From Neophaeotheca triangularis (taxonomy: Eukaryota): 64,000 nt of DNA. The position numbers and the translations under genes are program-made. Of this stretch, positions 45,861 to 57,111 are shown piece by piece. The notes under the pieces are model-generated. The model did not search any database and was not told where the DNA came from. It was given only the letters and a program-made list of their open reading frames with translations. The stretch lies in the NCBI GenBank assembly GCA_054600435.1, contig BAAIJX010000002.1, positions 744,001 to 808,000 of the forward strand, read 5' to 3'. Each line of letters begins with the position of its first letter. Positions within the stretch are counted from its first letter, which is position 1.

Positions 45861-48302
45861 GAGAGGAAGTTAGGGACGGGATGTCCGACGCGAATCTACC
45901 CACTCATCATCCAACCAATCGACGACATAAATGTCGATGTCGCGACCACTCGTCGACGACAACAGCGTGTAGCATTGCCAGCTACAACGCTGGACACCAC
46001 TGAGCCGACGCAACATCGATACGTAAGCCTCGACAGTCGAGCTCACGCCCGTAGTACTCAAGTACTGCATCGCTACCACCGAAGCGTATAGCAAACCGCT
46101 CTCGATAGGGACCCCAGCTGGCTGGACCAGCTCCCTACACCGGAGACAAACGACACACAGCACACTACAACCGTGCAATCAGAACAACCAAAGCCAGATA
46201 AACCTGGCAAACGACCACAGCACGAACGAACTTTTACGACTTTGAGATTTTTAGACATACACGAGAGATACCCCGCTCTTGGGCGATTCTTTTGCGGTTA
46301 CTTAGCGAGGCGTTACGGACAGAGGAGAGAAGGAGCTTTGTAGATAGCCCTTGACCAAGTGTTTGAGGATTAATTATATCGACAAGAGAATTGAAACGAG
46401 ATCTACTAGTATTACAGACAGCACTTTCATCACCATTCAGACCAGACTCCCGTGTCATCGTCGACTCGACTTCTTAACATTCACATCCCCTCTCCCGTCT
46501 TCACGTACATTCGACAGTCCTTTCACATCGTCTCTCAACAATCTTTCCGTTCACAAGTTGTGTATATACTACTAGCTTCGGCCATGTTAAAAGTACCTAC
46601 GATACACAAACGCACGCACTTAGGGGGGTACTGTAGGTAAGTATGTACCTAAGTGTAGCTAGCTGCTATAGATGCAATAGACGTAGAAGTGATTTCCTGC
46701 GGTAACTGCGCGTAATAAGCTGTGCTAAGGGTTGTTTTGTTTGTTTTTATTATTAGGGGGTGGAGACTAGCTGCATCTCAGGTATCTAGTAGGTGTTTCC
46801 TGTGGTCTAGTAGGTGGAGGGGATAGAGGGGATAGTAGTGGAGTCTGTATAGTACCTAACCTATGTACAGTGGTGAAGTAGTGGAGTTCTAGTACCTGCA
46901 TGCTAGCTAGCTAGAGCACCGTAGGGTCGCGCGAGGCAGTCGGGTCGGTCGTGGCTGATGAGACGGTGGTGGTAAGTGGCGATACCCCCCCTCCTAGGTA
47001 GGTACTCGTAGGAAGTAGCCTGGTGGGTACAAAGCCAATGGCGCGGCGCTATAATGGTGACAAACGCGTCTTTGAGACTCGTGGTACTGAGATCTTGGTC
47101 CGGCGGTAATAACAAGATCGATCCATCGACTTTTGTCGACTACAGTCGATGCTTGACTTGACTTTATCGTCGATGACAGCCAGACGATCGGGAGCATCGG
47201 AGGAACACGGCGGGAAAGACGACGCTGTTTCGATATAGTAGAAGAAAGCCGGGAACAACGAGACTGAGACTCGTCAGCAGCCTACGAATGCAACACTCCA
47301 CCGTCGAAGATTCGAAAAAGATATCTATCCCGACTCGTGTCTAATGATGCCTGCCTACCTACCTACCTCTCGTCAGTAAACAGCGGAGCCATCTCCATCC
47401 CGCGTCCCGCAGGCACCGGAGACAACTCCCCTCTCTATCAACATCGACCAACCAACCCATCAACACCAGAACGGAAACAACACCTACCTCCCCGCACAAA
47501 AACCGAACTCGAAAACTAGAGCATCGAGCCCATCGCCCATAAAACCCCCAAGCCCAAACACAAAAAAAAACCTCTTTCCCTCTAGATGTGGAAAAATTGC
47601 AGTTCGAGAAAGCGACGACCTAGGTAGAAAGCGCATCGAAGATCGAAACATGTCTATCCTCCTGCCAATCGCATGCGCGTTCGCCGTGTTTTGCTCGAGC
47701 GCGGGGATCGGTGATTTCATGGCTCCCTGCCGGTGGTGCTGTTAGCCTGTTGCCGCGTTTTTGCCGGGGCTTTGCCAGTTGGTGCTGCTGGTCGGGCGGA
47801 CTTTTGGCCGGTTGTGGCTTGTGAGTCGTTCTTCGCGCGGTTTCTGTGTGTAGATGCGGTGAAGAAATTGGTGGTACGGTCATTTGGTTGTGATGGCAGC
47901 GTGGGCTGTCTGTCACGTGAGTGAGGCTTGCTTCGAAGGCGTAGTTTTGCCGCCGGGAAGGATTGCCTTGAGAGATTCGGAGCCTAGGTATATTCCAAGA
48001 TTGAGCTCGCCCTCGGCGACTTTGTGCGTTTAAACCATCCCGGCGAGTTTTGGCTCAAAAAGCGCAGTCGACTTGTTGCTGAATGCGAAAAGCGTACTCT
48101 CACTAGCCTAAGTCCCCAGCTAGCCAATCATCAGACACGCCCTAGGGTTAGGGTACAACCCCAACATCTCGACTCCGACAACTTCAAGCAGCGCGGCTCG
48201 AACATCTACAAGCGACAGAACCCAAACACCCGCCAACAACACCCCACCCAAAACCGCGCTCGAACTCAAGCTCCAACCCCAACCACCACCCCGACCGCAA
48301 CC

Positions 48303-48726
48303 ATGCTCGCCCTCGGCGCCCTTTCCCCCTTCGCCCGCGCCCTGCCGCGCCTCCCCCTCCTCCCCAGCAGCAGCAGTAAAAGAGCCTACACGCCCTCGCT
48401 CCTCCGCAACCCAACCGCCTTGACGACCGCTTTCCGCAATCTCGGACTCCAACACCAAAAAGCCTCGGCGCAGCTGGTAGGACTGGGGCAGACCCGTGGC
48501 ATGAAAGTCCGCAGCTCGGTCAAGAAATTATGCGAGGGCTGCAAGAGCGTGCGCAGGAAGGGTGGGAGGTATGTTTATATCATTTGTGATCGGAATCCTA
48601 AGCATAAGCAGAGGTGAGTTTTAGTTTTATTTTTTGGGTTTGCCCTGGGTCTTTTTGGTTCAGAGGGGTGGGGGGTTTGGTCATGGGGTTTCTTTGCTAA
48701 TGCGCTGGGGTTGTAGGCAAGGTTGA
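48303..48726 (+). CDS. RTC6: Mitochondrial ribosomal protein bL36m (Rtc6-like); exons 48303-48613, 48717-48726
   Basis: Arg/Leu/Ser-rich presequence followed by [42 protein letters not shown]. Intron GTGAGT...GCTAAT...TAG supplies the final RQG. Confidence 0.92.
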
Positions 48727-50453
48727 TTGGGTGGTTTAGAGGAATGGATCGGGGTAGGGGGTGTGTTGTTCTAGGGTTGTGGAGAGAAGGGGTGCGGGAG
48801 GAAGTGCTGTGTACGATTGGGAGACTCCATGTGGGTGAATCATAGCGATGGCGTTTTTTTGCTAGGCGTATTTGGGAGGCTTTGAGGGATTAGATCTGGA
48901 GGCAACCTTGGAAGATTTCATCTTCGGGCGGGCCACAATATGGCTGTGTATATTTATTACATCGTATGCTCGCCATCGTGGTCGTATCACCGAAAACTTT
49001 TCGAAAGCTACCAACAGGGACTGCTCGACTACCAAATGCGCGATCTGGATTTGCTGACTGCTGAAGGGCTGGGGATTTTGGTGTTTTTGGCTGCGGCTCT
49101 GTCGTCCTTTGGAATTGGTAGACAAGACGGCGCTGGGAAGTTTTCAACTGCCGACCACCTATGTATCCGGGCAGGACGCGGGTGTCTCTCCACGAGAGAA
49201 GATACGTCCATGCCATTGGCATCGACGTAATGGCCTGTCATGGTAGTCATGCAAGGCCACGTTGAATGGCATGGCGTACCTCTCATGATCGTCCGTCGAG
49301 GTAAGGAAGGGAGGGACGGGAGTCTAGTTGTATGGGCTTGCGAGCTTGAATGAACTCGATGTGGCATGGATGGACATGTTTACTTGAAGCTTGCACTCTC
49401 GGGTCACAGTAGTTGCATCCTATCCCACACTCAGCTCTTCATGGCTCACCAATGCTTGCTCGCTACTTGTGTTCAATTCTCGATAAGGTTGACGAGAAAG
49501 TAGAGAGGCCGTCTTGGCATGCATCTGGTCGCAAAATTAGACGAGGCACCTGAGCAGACGGTTTTGAGCTTGAAGCCATGACCTGATGATGGAGGGTAGG
49601 TTGCTCCCCCACAATTCAGCCCAGCTCACTGACCTAGCTCAGCACCAGCTTTTCGGAACCCAGCGTACATGATGATACACGCGTCACGACTACAACACTG
49701 GTTACTGTCTGTCTGCTTCTATACCACCATTTACGACAAAATATGAATATTAGATAATCTGTCTCGTCAAGGGGCCAGCAGAATACCGCAATCAGGTGCG
49801 ATATCGATTGTGTTTGTGTTAACTTATCAGTGTTAAATCTGTACCAAATCTATACATGTGTCACGTGTAGTGCCAAGAACACAGCGGCCGTGGTGTTCCA
49901 GTCGTGGCAGTGAAGGGCTGACTCCCCGGGTGTATCTAGACCGCAGCTCAGAACACGACCCACCTCAAACACTTTCCCCCCCTCACAAACATCACGTACT
50001 CTCTGCGCACAGCTACGAGCAAAGACATCTCCGCCCACATTGACTGACAGTCTAACATCACCACCACCACAATCACCACCGCCTGCCCCATCTCCGCGCT
50101 TGCCCCACCGTTCGCGGCCCTTGGTATCCATCCGCAGCTGAAGCTCCCTCACACCTGCTGTATCTGTCCTGCTCTAAAACGCTGGCCCACAGACCAGAGG
50201 ATCAGGGATATCGAATCCCTCTGGAAGGCGCCGCCGCCGCTCACACAGATGCGCAAGCATTAGTCACCACCTTCCTCTACCTTGCATACCTCGCAAGGCC
50301 CCTCCGACCTCCTTGAATAACTTGAGAGAAACACGTACAAATACATCAGATACCAAACACCAGAAAAGAGCCCATCCATAAGCCCACTTTCATTGCGCAC
50401 GATCGCTCTCTACTACATTTTTTCCTCGAGCTCTGCAGCAAGGGCCGATCAAC

Positions 50454-52167
50454 ATGGGCAATCAACCCTCCAAAGACGGGCGCAGTAGCACTGGCTCGCA
50501 AACTCCCACAGGCCCGGATCTTGGCTCCTACCCTTCCTTCAGCAAGTCGGACACCAAAGAGTCAAGCCGGTCGTTTAGAACCGCGCTACGCACAAAGATT
50601 CCAGGTAGTAAGTCGGCGGATAGTCCTCGTGGCTCATCAACTGGTTTGGGCGATGGTTTGGACAAGAGCGACTCGCAGTCGATAAAGTCGTCGGCGAGCG
50701 GCAGGTCGAGACAGCGCAGAGGCTCTAACGCGCTCTCGGCATCAGGACAGGAGCCGACATCTTCGCGAAGGGGTAGCGTAACGGTGGACGAGGATCAACC
50801 GCCGCCGTCGCCTACCATGTCTTCTAGCGTAGGCGCGGGCCACGATATTAGCGAGGCTCAAAGAACGGGCGAGGTCGATGCGGTGTCTGATGCACCACCA
50901 AAGGGCAACATTCATCAGGCACACAATACGGAGCCAATGACATCTATCCTTATGCGCAATGACAAAACACCAGCTTCTGCTCAGCCCTCGACGAGCTTGA
51001 ACGCAGGAGCCGCAGCGCTCTCTGTACTTGACGCTGCTTCTGGATCGCCCTCCGCCTCTGCATCCGCAGCGTCTGCGGGGAACATGGATCTTGGTACTTT
51101 AAAGCCCGCCGACCTTGACGACATGATAAAGCGCCTTGTGGATGCCGGTTATGCGGGCAAAGTTACCAAAACGGTCTGCCTCAAAAATGCCGAGATCACC
51201 GCCATTTGCACGCAGGCGCGGGAGCTCTTCCTCTCCCAGCCCGCGCTTCTTGAACTCGCCACACCGGTCAAGATTGTGGGAGATGTTCATGGTCAATACA
51301 CGGATCTGATCCGTATGTTCGAAATGTGCGGCTTCCCTCCCAACTCAAACTTCCTCTTCCTCGGCGACTACGTGGACCGCGGCAAGCAGAGTCTGGAAAC
51401 GATTCTCCTGCTACTATGCTACAAACTGCGCTACCCTGAAAACTTCTTCCTCCTCCGGGGCAACCACGAATGCGCCAACGTGACGCGTGTATATGGGTTC
51501 TACGACGAATGCAAGCGCCGCTGCAATGTCAAAGTTTGGAAGACCTTTGTCGACACCTTCAACGCCCTCCCCATCGCCGCCATTGTTGCTGGCAAGATTT
51601 TCTGCGTCCACGGCGGTCTCTCACCAAGCCTGAGCCATATGGATGACATTCGAAACATCGCGCGCCCCACAGATGTCCCCGACTACGGCCTGCTGAACGA
51701 TTTACTTTGGTCCGATCCGGCGGATATGGAAGCTGATTGGGAGGCCAACGAGCGCGGCGTGAGTTATTGTTTCGGCAAGAAAGTCATCATGGAGTTTCTG
51801 CAGAAACACGACTTCGACTTAGTCTGCCGCGCGCACATGGTGGTGGAGGATGGGTACGAGTTCTTCAATGAGCGCATTCTGGTCACTGTCTTCTCCGCTC
51901 CAAATGTGAGTACTCCTCCTCGACAGTCACTGTTGCTCCTGACCATTCAGATCGTTCGTATGCTAATTTTCTTTTCCTTTGCAGTACTGCGGCGAATTCG
52001 ACAACTGGGGAGCTGTCATGTCCGTCTCGGCGGAGCTGCTGTGTTCTTTTGAATTGCTGAAGCCACTCGACTCCAGCGCTCTGAAGAGCCATATTAAGAA
52101 GGGCCGCAACAAGCGCCAGACTATGCTCAACAGTCCTCCGGCGAATCAGTTTCCTCAGAGTTACTAA
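50454..52167 (+). CDS. PPZ1: Ser/Thr protein phosphatase Z (PP1-related PPZ); exons 50454-51905, 51985-52167
   Basis: N-myristoylation-type MGNQPSK and a Ser-rich N-terminal extension. PPP motifs [41 protein letters not shown] and, across the intron, SAPNYCGEFDN. Confidence 0.95.
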
Positions 52168-53026
52168 TGAGATTGGTACCTGGTCTTGCATTGATCGAGG
52201 TGGATTCAGAAATATGGCTGTGTGCGGGATGCGGTTTGCCAGTGTTACTGGTGTGTTGGTGATGGTTTGTCTAAGAAGGGACTGGGGTCGAGGTCTGTAG
52301 TGAAGGTGCAGCGGCAGAAGCTGGCCGAGCTGGGTCGTGGTTGAGTCTCCCGGCTCGCGGACGAGGAGGGGGAAAGACTCCTGCTTGCGCACGCACCGGC
52401 GCCGTGTCGATGCTTCCTACTCGCTATTCGACCAGGCGATTCGGTCTTGACATCTGGCTTTGCTCTCTAGGCAAGTCTTGTCGCAGAACCGCTCACCGGT
52501 CTCCGCTCCTTGGACACGCGAACGAACCCGAGCGAGATTGTCCTCTTCGGCGAACAATAGAGGCATGCTCATGATTGCTCTGCCGCCCCCAGGCATAGCG
52601 CCACTTCAACACACCCAATACTCGAGAGAAAAAACAGAGGCTCCTGCGAGGAGTGCATACAAGCGGCTGAACACGCTTACACGAAGCGGCAGTGACACCC
52701 TTTCCACCACTTCGGATATATGGGTCACGAGGGGCTATACGGTGTAGGTCTAGGAGCGGGGAAAGGGTATACAGGGCGTACTATCACTGTGGTATACGGC
52801 ACAGCCTGCACGTAGCCTTGAGTGGATGGGCCTTGGGTTTTGGCGCTCGGGAGTAGGGTTGTTGGCTCCGCGGTGGCATCGCGCGTGGCCCGGGCCTGTA
52901 TTGTATTGATGATGTGACTCCGCTTTAAATTCATGAACTGCTTTTTCTCCCTGTACATGTCGTCGCATCGCCTTTTGATGTTCCTTCATTCTTCAATGGC
53001 AAGAAGAGGCCAAACATGAGTGACGG

Positions 53027-53034
53027 TCACGTGA
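53027..53034. promoter_or_regulatory. TCACGTGA (Cbf1-type E-box) upstream of the ribosomal protein gene
   Basis: Palindromic TCACGTGA about 190 bp upstream of the RPS2 ATG. Cbf1-type sites are known in RP promoters of some ascomycetes; function here is untested. Confidence 0.4.
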
Positions 53035-53218
53035 TCAAGCGCACTTCAAGCGAACTAGCGCGCCGCACAGACGCGAACTTTTCGCCCCACACGCACAGCC
53101 AAAAATCAATCGCGCCAACTGCTACTTTCTTTCCGGCCCAACCTCACTGTCGACAACCCAACACCACCCTCCGGACCCCTCCAACCCCCTCTCCCACACG
53201 CAACCCAACAATTACAAA

Positions 53219-54183
53219 ATGGCAGACCGTGGCGGAGCAGCTCCCCGCGGCGGTGCAGGCGGTTTCGGCGACCGTGGCCGTGGTGCCGGCGACAGGGGCC
53301 GTGGCGGGCGCGGCGGCCGCCGTGGACCTCGTCGTGGCGGCGCGAAGAGCGATGAGAAGGAGTGGCAGCCCGTCACCAAGCTCGGCAGACTCGTCAAGGC
53401 TGGCAAGATCAAGAGCATGGAGGAGATTTACTTGCACTCGCTTCCTGTCAAGGAGTACCAGATTGTCGACTTCTTCTTGCCCAAGCTCAAGGACGAGGTT
53501 ATGAAGGTATGTTTGTTGGATCCTCGTTAGGAGTGCGGGAGCGGTTTTGGTTGGCATTGGCACGGAGCGGATTTGCTGATTTGGCTTTGCGTCTACAGAT
53601 CAAGCCTGTCCAGAAGCAGACCCGTGCCGGTCAGCGCACCCGTTTCAAGGCTGTCGTTGTTATCGGTGACAGCGAGGGTCACATTGGTCTCGGTATCAAG
53701 ACCTCCAAGGAAGTGGCCACCGCTATCCGCGCCGCCATCATCATCGCCAAGCTCTCCGTTGTCCCCATCCGTCGTGGTTACTGGGGTACCAACCTTGGTG
53801 AGCCTCACTCGCTTCCTGTCAAGGAGAGCGGCAAGTGTGGTTCCGTCACTGTGCGCGTAAGTTTTGAAATTACCATTACCTGCGATGAAAGGAAACGATC
53901 GGTTTGCTGACTAGATATCTTGCAGTTGATCCCTGCCCCCCGTGGTACCGGTATCGTCGCCTCGCCCGCCGTCAAGCGTCTGTTGCAGCTTGCCGGTGTC
54001 AACGACGCCTACAGTGCCTCGTCCGGCTCGACCAAGACCTTGGAGAACACCCTCAAGGCCACTTTTGTCGCCATCACCAGCACCTACGGCTTCCTCACCC
54101 CCAACCTGTGGACCGACACCAAGCTGCAGCGCAGCCCGCTCGAGGAGTACTCCGACGTTCTCCGCGAGGGCAAGCGTTACTAG
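53219..54183 (+). CDS. RPS2: 40S ribosomal protein S2 (uS5); exons 53219-53506, 53599-53856, 53926-54183
   Basis: RGG N-terminus, [36 protein letters not shown] and [17 protein letters not shown]. Two canonical introns and strong C-ending codon bias. Confidence 0.98.
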
Positions 54184-55111
54184 ACGGCTGGAACTGACGA
54201 CCCGTAGCTCCAAGAATTTCTGAACAACTCGACGATCGCACTCGGCTCTCAGGCTTTGCTGCGGTTAGTTGCGACACGGGATGCCAGCAGGTTCTACTGC
54301 GGGATGGAAGGGTACTCAAGAGTCGTAGCACGAGATGAACAAAAAAACCCCTCGATGTGGCTTGCTCTTTTACAGCACGAGTTCACATCAACAAAAATTG
54401 AGAGAAAAGCTTCTTTCCCTTTTTGCGAGATGCTTTTGTTTTCGGTCTGAACGAGGCGATCGTTGTGCTTCATGCCTCACCACGAGATGAGGCGTCACAT
54501 ATGGTAGCATAGCTTGAGCCAAGACTGATCTCTCATTGCTGCTCGTTATTTGATAGTGATTGAGTCCCGTCGACTATGTGGGTGTGTGCTCGATGTGTTT
54601 TGCCGTTGGTGATGAGGTTTGCATTGTCTACGGTTGGGAGCTGTAATATCGTTGCTTTGTTCCATTGATCCATACAACCCGGGCCATCTCCTTACCATCC
54701 CGCTCGCGACAATGACCAAATGTCACTGCCTGTGATAGGTTGTACTCGGCGGATGTCTTGCTTCTCAAATAGCAAACAAACAGTACCTACCTTGGCGAGA
54801 CGGAAGACATTTCCGAGGTATGGCAAGACGACGTTCATATGTGCACCATCTTCCGTCTCGCCTTTTTTCCAATCGAGCCCGATGATGCATCAACACCACC
54901 TTCCCTAAACGAGGCAGGTCGGCAAGCGATCTATAGCAGAGGCAGACACCATCCTGCCACCCGAAACTCCCGTCCCTCATGACACTACTGGGTTCTTACT
55001 GTACTGTACTGTACACTTTGTAAACGCGCGGGAGGCCTTGCGCGCTTTTCCTTTTCTTTTTAAGAATGCATCTCTCAATCTACCTTATACCGGGCATTTT
55101 CTCTCGTAGAG

Positions 55112-55292
55112 CTGGCTAGCTAGCTAGCTAGCTAATTAGCTAGCGGAGACCTGGCAACCTTTGGTGCTTTGCTCGCTGTGGTGCTCGTGATTGTGGATCG
55201 TGTTGTTGTCGTCGTTGTCGTCGTTGTCGTTGTCGTATTGTTGTCGTCGTATTGTCGTCGTATCATCGTCGTCGTCGTCGTCGTCGTTGTCT
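55112..55292. repeat. Compound simple repeats: (TAGC)n and degenerate (GTC/GTT)n
   Basis: gctagctagctagctagctaattagctagc near 55115-55144 and tgttgttgtcgtcgttgtcgtc...gtcgtcgtcgtc at 55200-55292. Confidence 0.85.
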
Positions 55293-55753
55293 TGCAGTCG
55301 CAGTAGTTCTGTGTTTTAGGTACCTAAACTCGGTGACCGCGGCACCCGTGGAACTTCGGGTTGGCGGCGCGCGGTTGCCTTAGTAAGTCTACCTCTATGT
55401 AATGTAGCCTACCTTAGCTTATTAGCCTTAGGTGGCCAGCCCAGCCCAAGCCCAGCCCTATGAGCGATTACGTCGACTCCGCCTTTTGTCAAGTGGAGTG
55501 TCCTCTAGGGCTGAATGCTGAATAAGTTACTGAATGCCCACCCGGCACTGATTGATTACATGGGCAAAGACGGGAAACTTGCATGTTGTGATTTGCCGGG
55601 CATACGACTCACGTTGGCGTTTTTAGTAGTAGTCCAACCATCTCTGGCCGCGTTTCTTGCCCTGAGGTGCTGTTGCGGAGGTCTAGATTTCTCTGCTGCC
55701 CTGGGACTAGGTACTTCAGGTCTTGATTGATGTTGATGTTTGGTTTGGTTTGG

Positions 55754-55760
55754 TATATAA
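55754..55760 (+). promoter_or_regulatory. TATA box of the esterase gene
   Basis: TATATAA 200 bp upstream of ATG 55954. Confidence 0.45.
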
Positions 55761-55953
55761 GGCTCCTTCCTTTGGGGGGTTTTGTGTTGATCTTGCCAGC
55801 AGGTGCGGCGTCTTCACCTGAAGCAGGGGACTTTTATGTTGCTTGGCTTTCTACCTGACCATTCGACACTTCGGTCTTGAGGCTGCATCTTGATTCATCT
55901 GCCTATTCGGATTATTTTTGTTGTTGGACCGGTACTTTATTCGCTATCCAATC

Positions 55954-57111
55954 ATGGCCCACCACTCCACCTCCTCCTCCACCACCACCCTCCTCCTCCT
56001 CATCGCCCTCCTTTCAACCCTAACAACCGCCCTCCGCCGCTCCACAGGCTGCAACCACCCGCTCCCCCCAACCCTCCACCCCGGGGAAACCGGCTCATCC
56101 AATCCACTCCAATTCACTACCAGCAACGGCCAACACCGCACCTACCTCCTCCACCTCCCACTCAACTACTCCCCCCTCCACTCCCCCGGTCTCATCTTCG
56201 CCTTCCACGGCAAAGGCAAAAACGCCAGTTACATGGAAACCCTCTCCGAATTCTCCCATCCCTCCATCAACCCCGACATGCTCGTCGTCTACCCAGACGG
56301 CATCAACCACTCGTGGCAAGGCGACCCGGACTCGGTCACGGACGACGTGAGCTTCACCCTCGAGCTCCTGGGAGCGCTCGAAAGCGTCGTCTGCTTCGAC
56401 CTCGACAGCGTCTTCGCCGCGGGCAAGAGCAACGGCGGCGGTTTCGCTCTCAACGTCCTGGCGTGCGACGACAGAGCCAGTCGCGTTCTGGCCGCTTTCG
56501 CTGGCGTCGGTGGCGCTTACTACCAGGCCAATAGCAGTGTTGATGGGTCTTGCCATGGCGAGGACGTCGTCGTCGACTGTCGGCCTGCTAGACTGCCTGT
56601 GCCGGTTTTGGAAGCTCACGGCTCTGCTGATGATGTTATACATTACCAGGGCGGGCCTAGGCGCGGCGAGTGTTTGCCCAGTGTGCCGCGTTTTATGACC
56701 GAGTGGGGGGTTAGGGATGGGGTTGGTGCGGGGAATGTCAGTTCCGAGTTTGATGGGGGCAAGGTCAGGAGGGATGTTTGGGGCGAGGGCGAGTTGGAGG
56801 GCGTGGTGCAGCATTGGCGGTTTGAGGGTTTGGGGCATGATTGGCCTAGTGAGCGTGGTTTGGAGAGTCGGGGGAGGTTGGAGATTAGTCCGGTCATTGT
56901 TGAGTTCTTTCGACGCTGGAGTTTGGATCGGACTCCGGACTTGGATGGGATGGGTGAGGATGGGCATGGGGATGAAGAGGGCGAGGACTGGGTTGGTGAT
57001 TGGGACGATGATGATGATGATGATGAGGGATGGGTGGGAGATGATCACGGAGATTGGGATCAGGATTGGGATGGAGAATTCGATCACGACGACGAGGTGA
57101 CTGCGTTATGA
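55954..57111 (+). CDS. Secreted alpha/beta-hydrolase, carbohydrate esterase family 1-like (feruloyl esterase / LpqP-type), with acidic C-terminal tail
   Basis: Signal peptide (TTLLLLIALLSTLTTA), RTYLLHLPLNY, LIFAFHGKG, VVYPDG, nucleophile elbow GKSNGGGF, EAHGSADDVIHYQGG and GLGHDWP. Confidence 0.88.
   Translation: MAHHSTSSSTTTLLLLIALLSTLTTALRRSTGCNHPLPPTLHPGETGSSNPLQFTTSNGQHRTYLLHLPLNYSPLHSPGLIFAFHGKGKNASYMETLSEFSHPSINPDMLVVYPDGINHSWQGDPDSVTDDVSFTLELLGALESVVCFDLDSVFAAGKSNGGGFALNVLACDDRASRVLAAFAGVGGAYYQANSSVDGSCHGEDVVVDCRPARLPVPVLEAHGSADDVIHYQGGPRRGECLPSVPRFMTEWGVRDGVGAGNVSSEFDGGKVRRDVWGEGELEGVVQHWRFEGLGHDWPSERGLESRGRLEISPVIVEFFRRWSLDRTPDLDGMGEDGHGDEEGEDWVGDWDDDDDDDEGWVGDDHGDWDQDWDGEFDHDDEVTAL

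Noticed and set aside
52730..52980. Candidate structured ncRNA or C/D snoRNA between PPZ1 and RPS2 (TGATGA near 52906)
   Set aside because: No matching CTGA D box or terminal stem, and no snRNA, RNase P/MRP or telomerase-template signature.
56095..57087. 330-aa minus-strand ORF
   Set aside because: Antisense to the esterase and explained by codon/skew bias.
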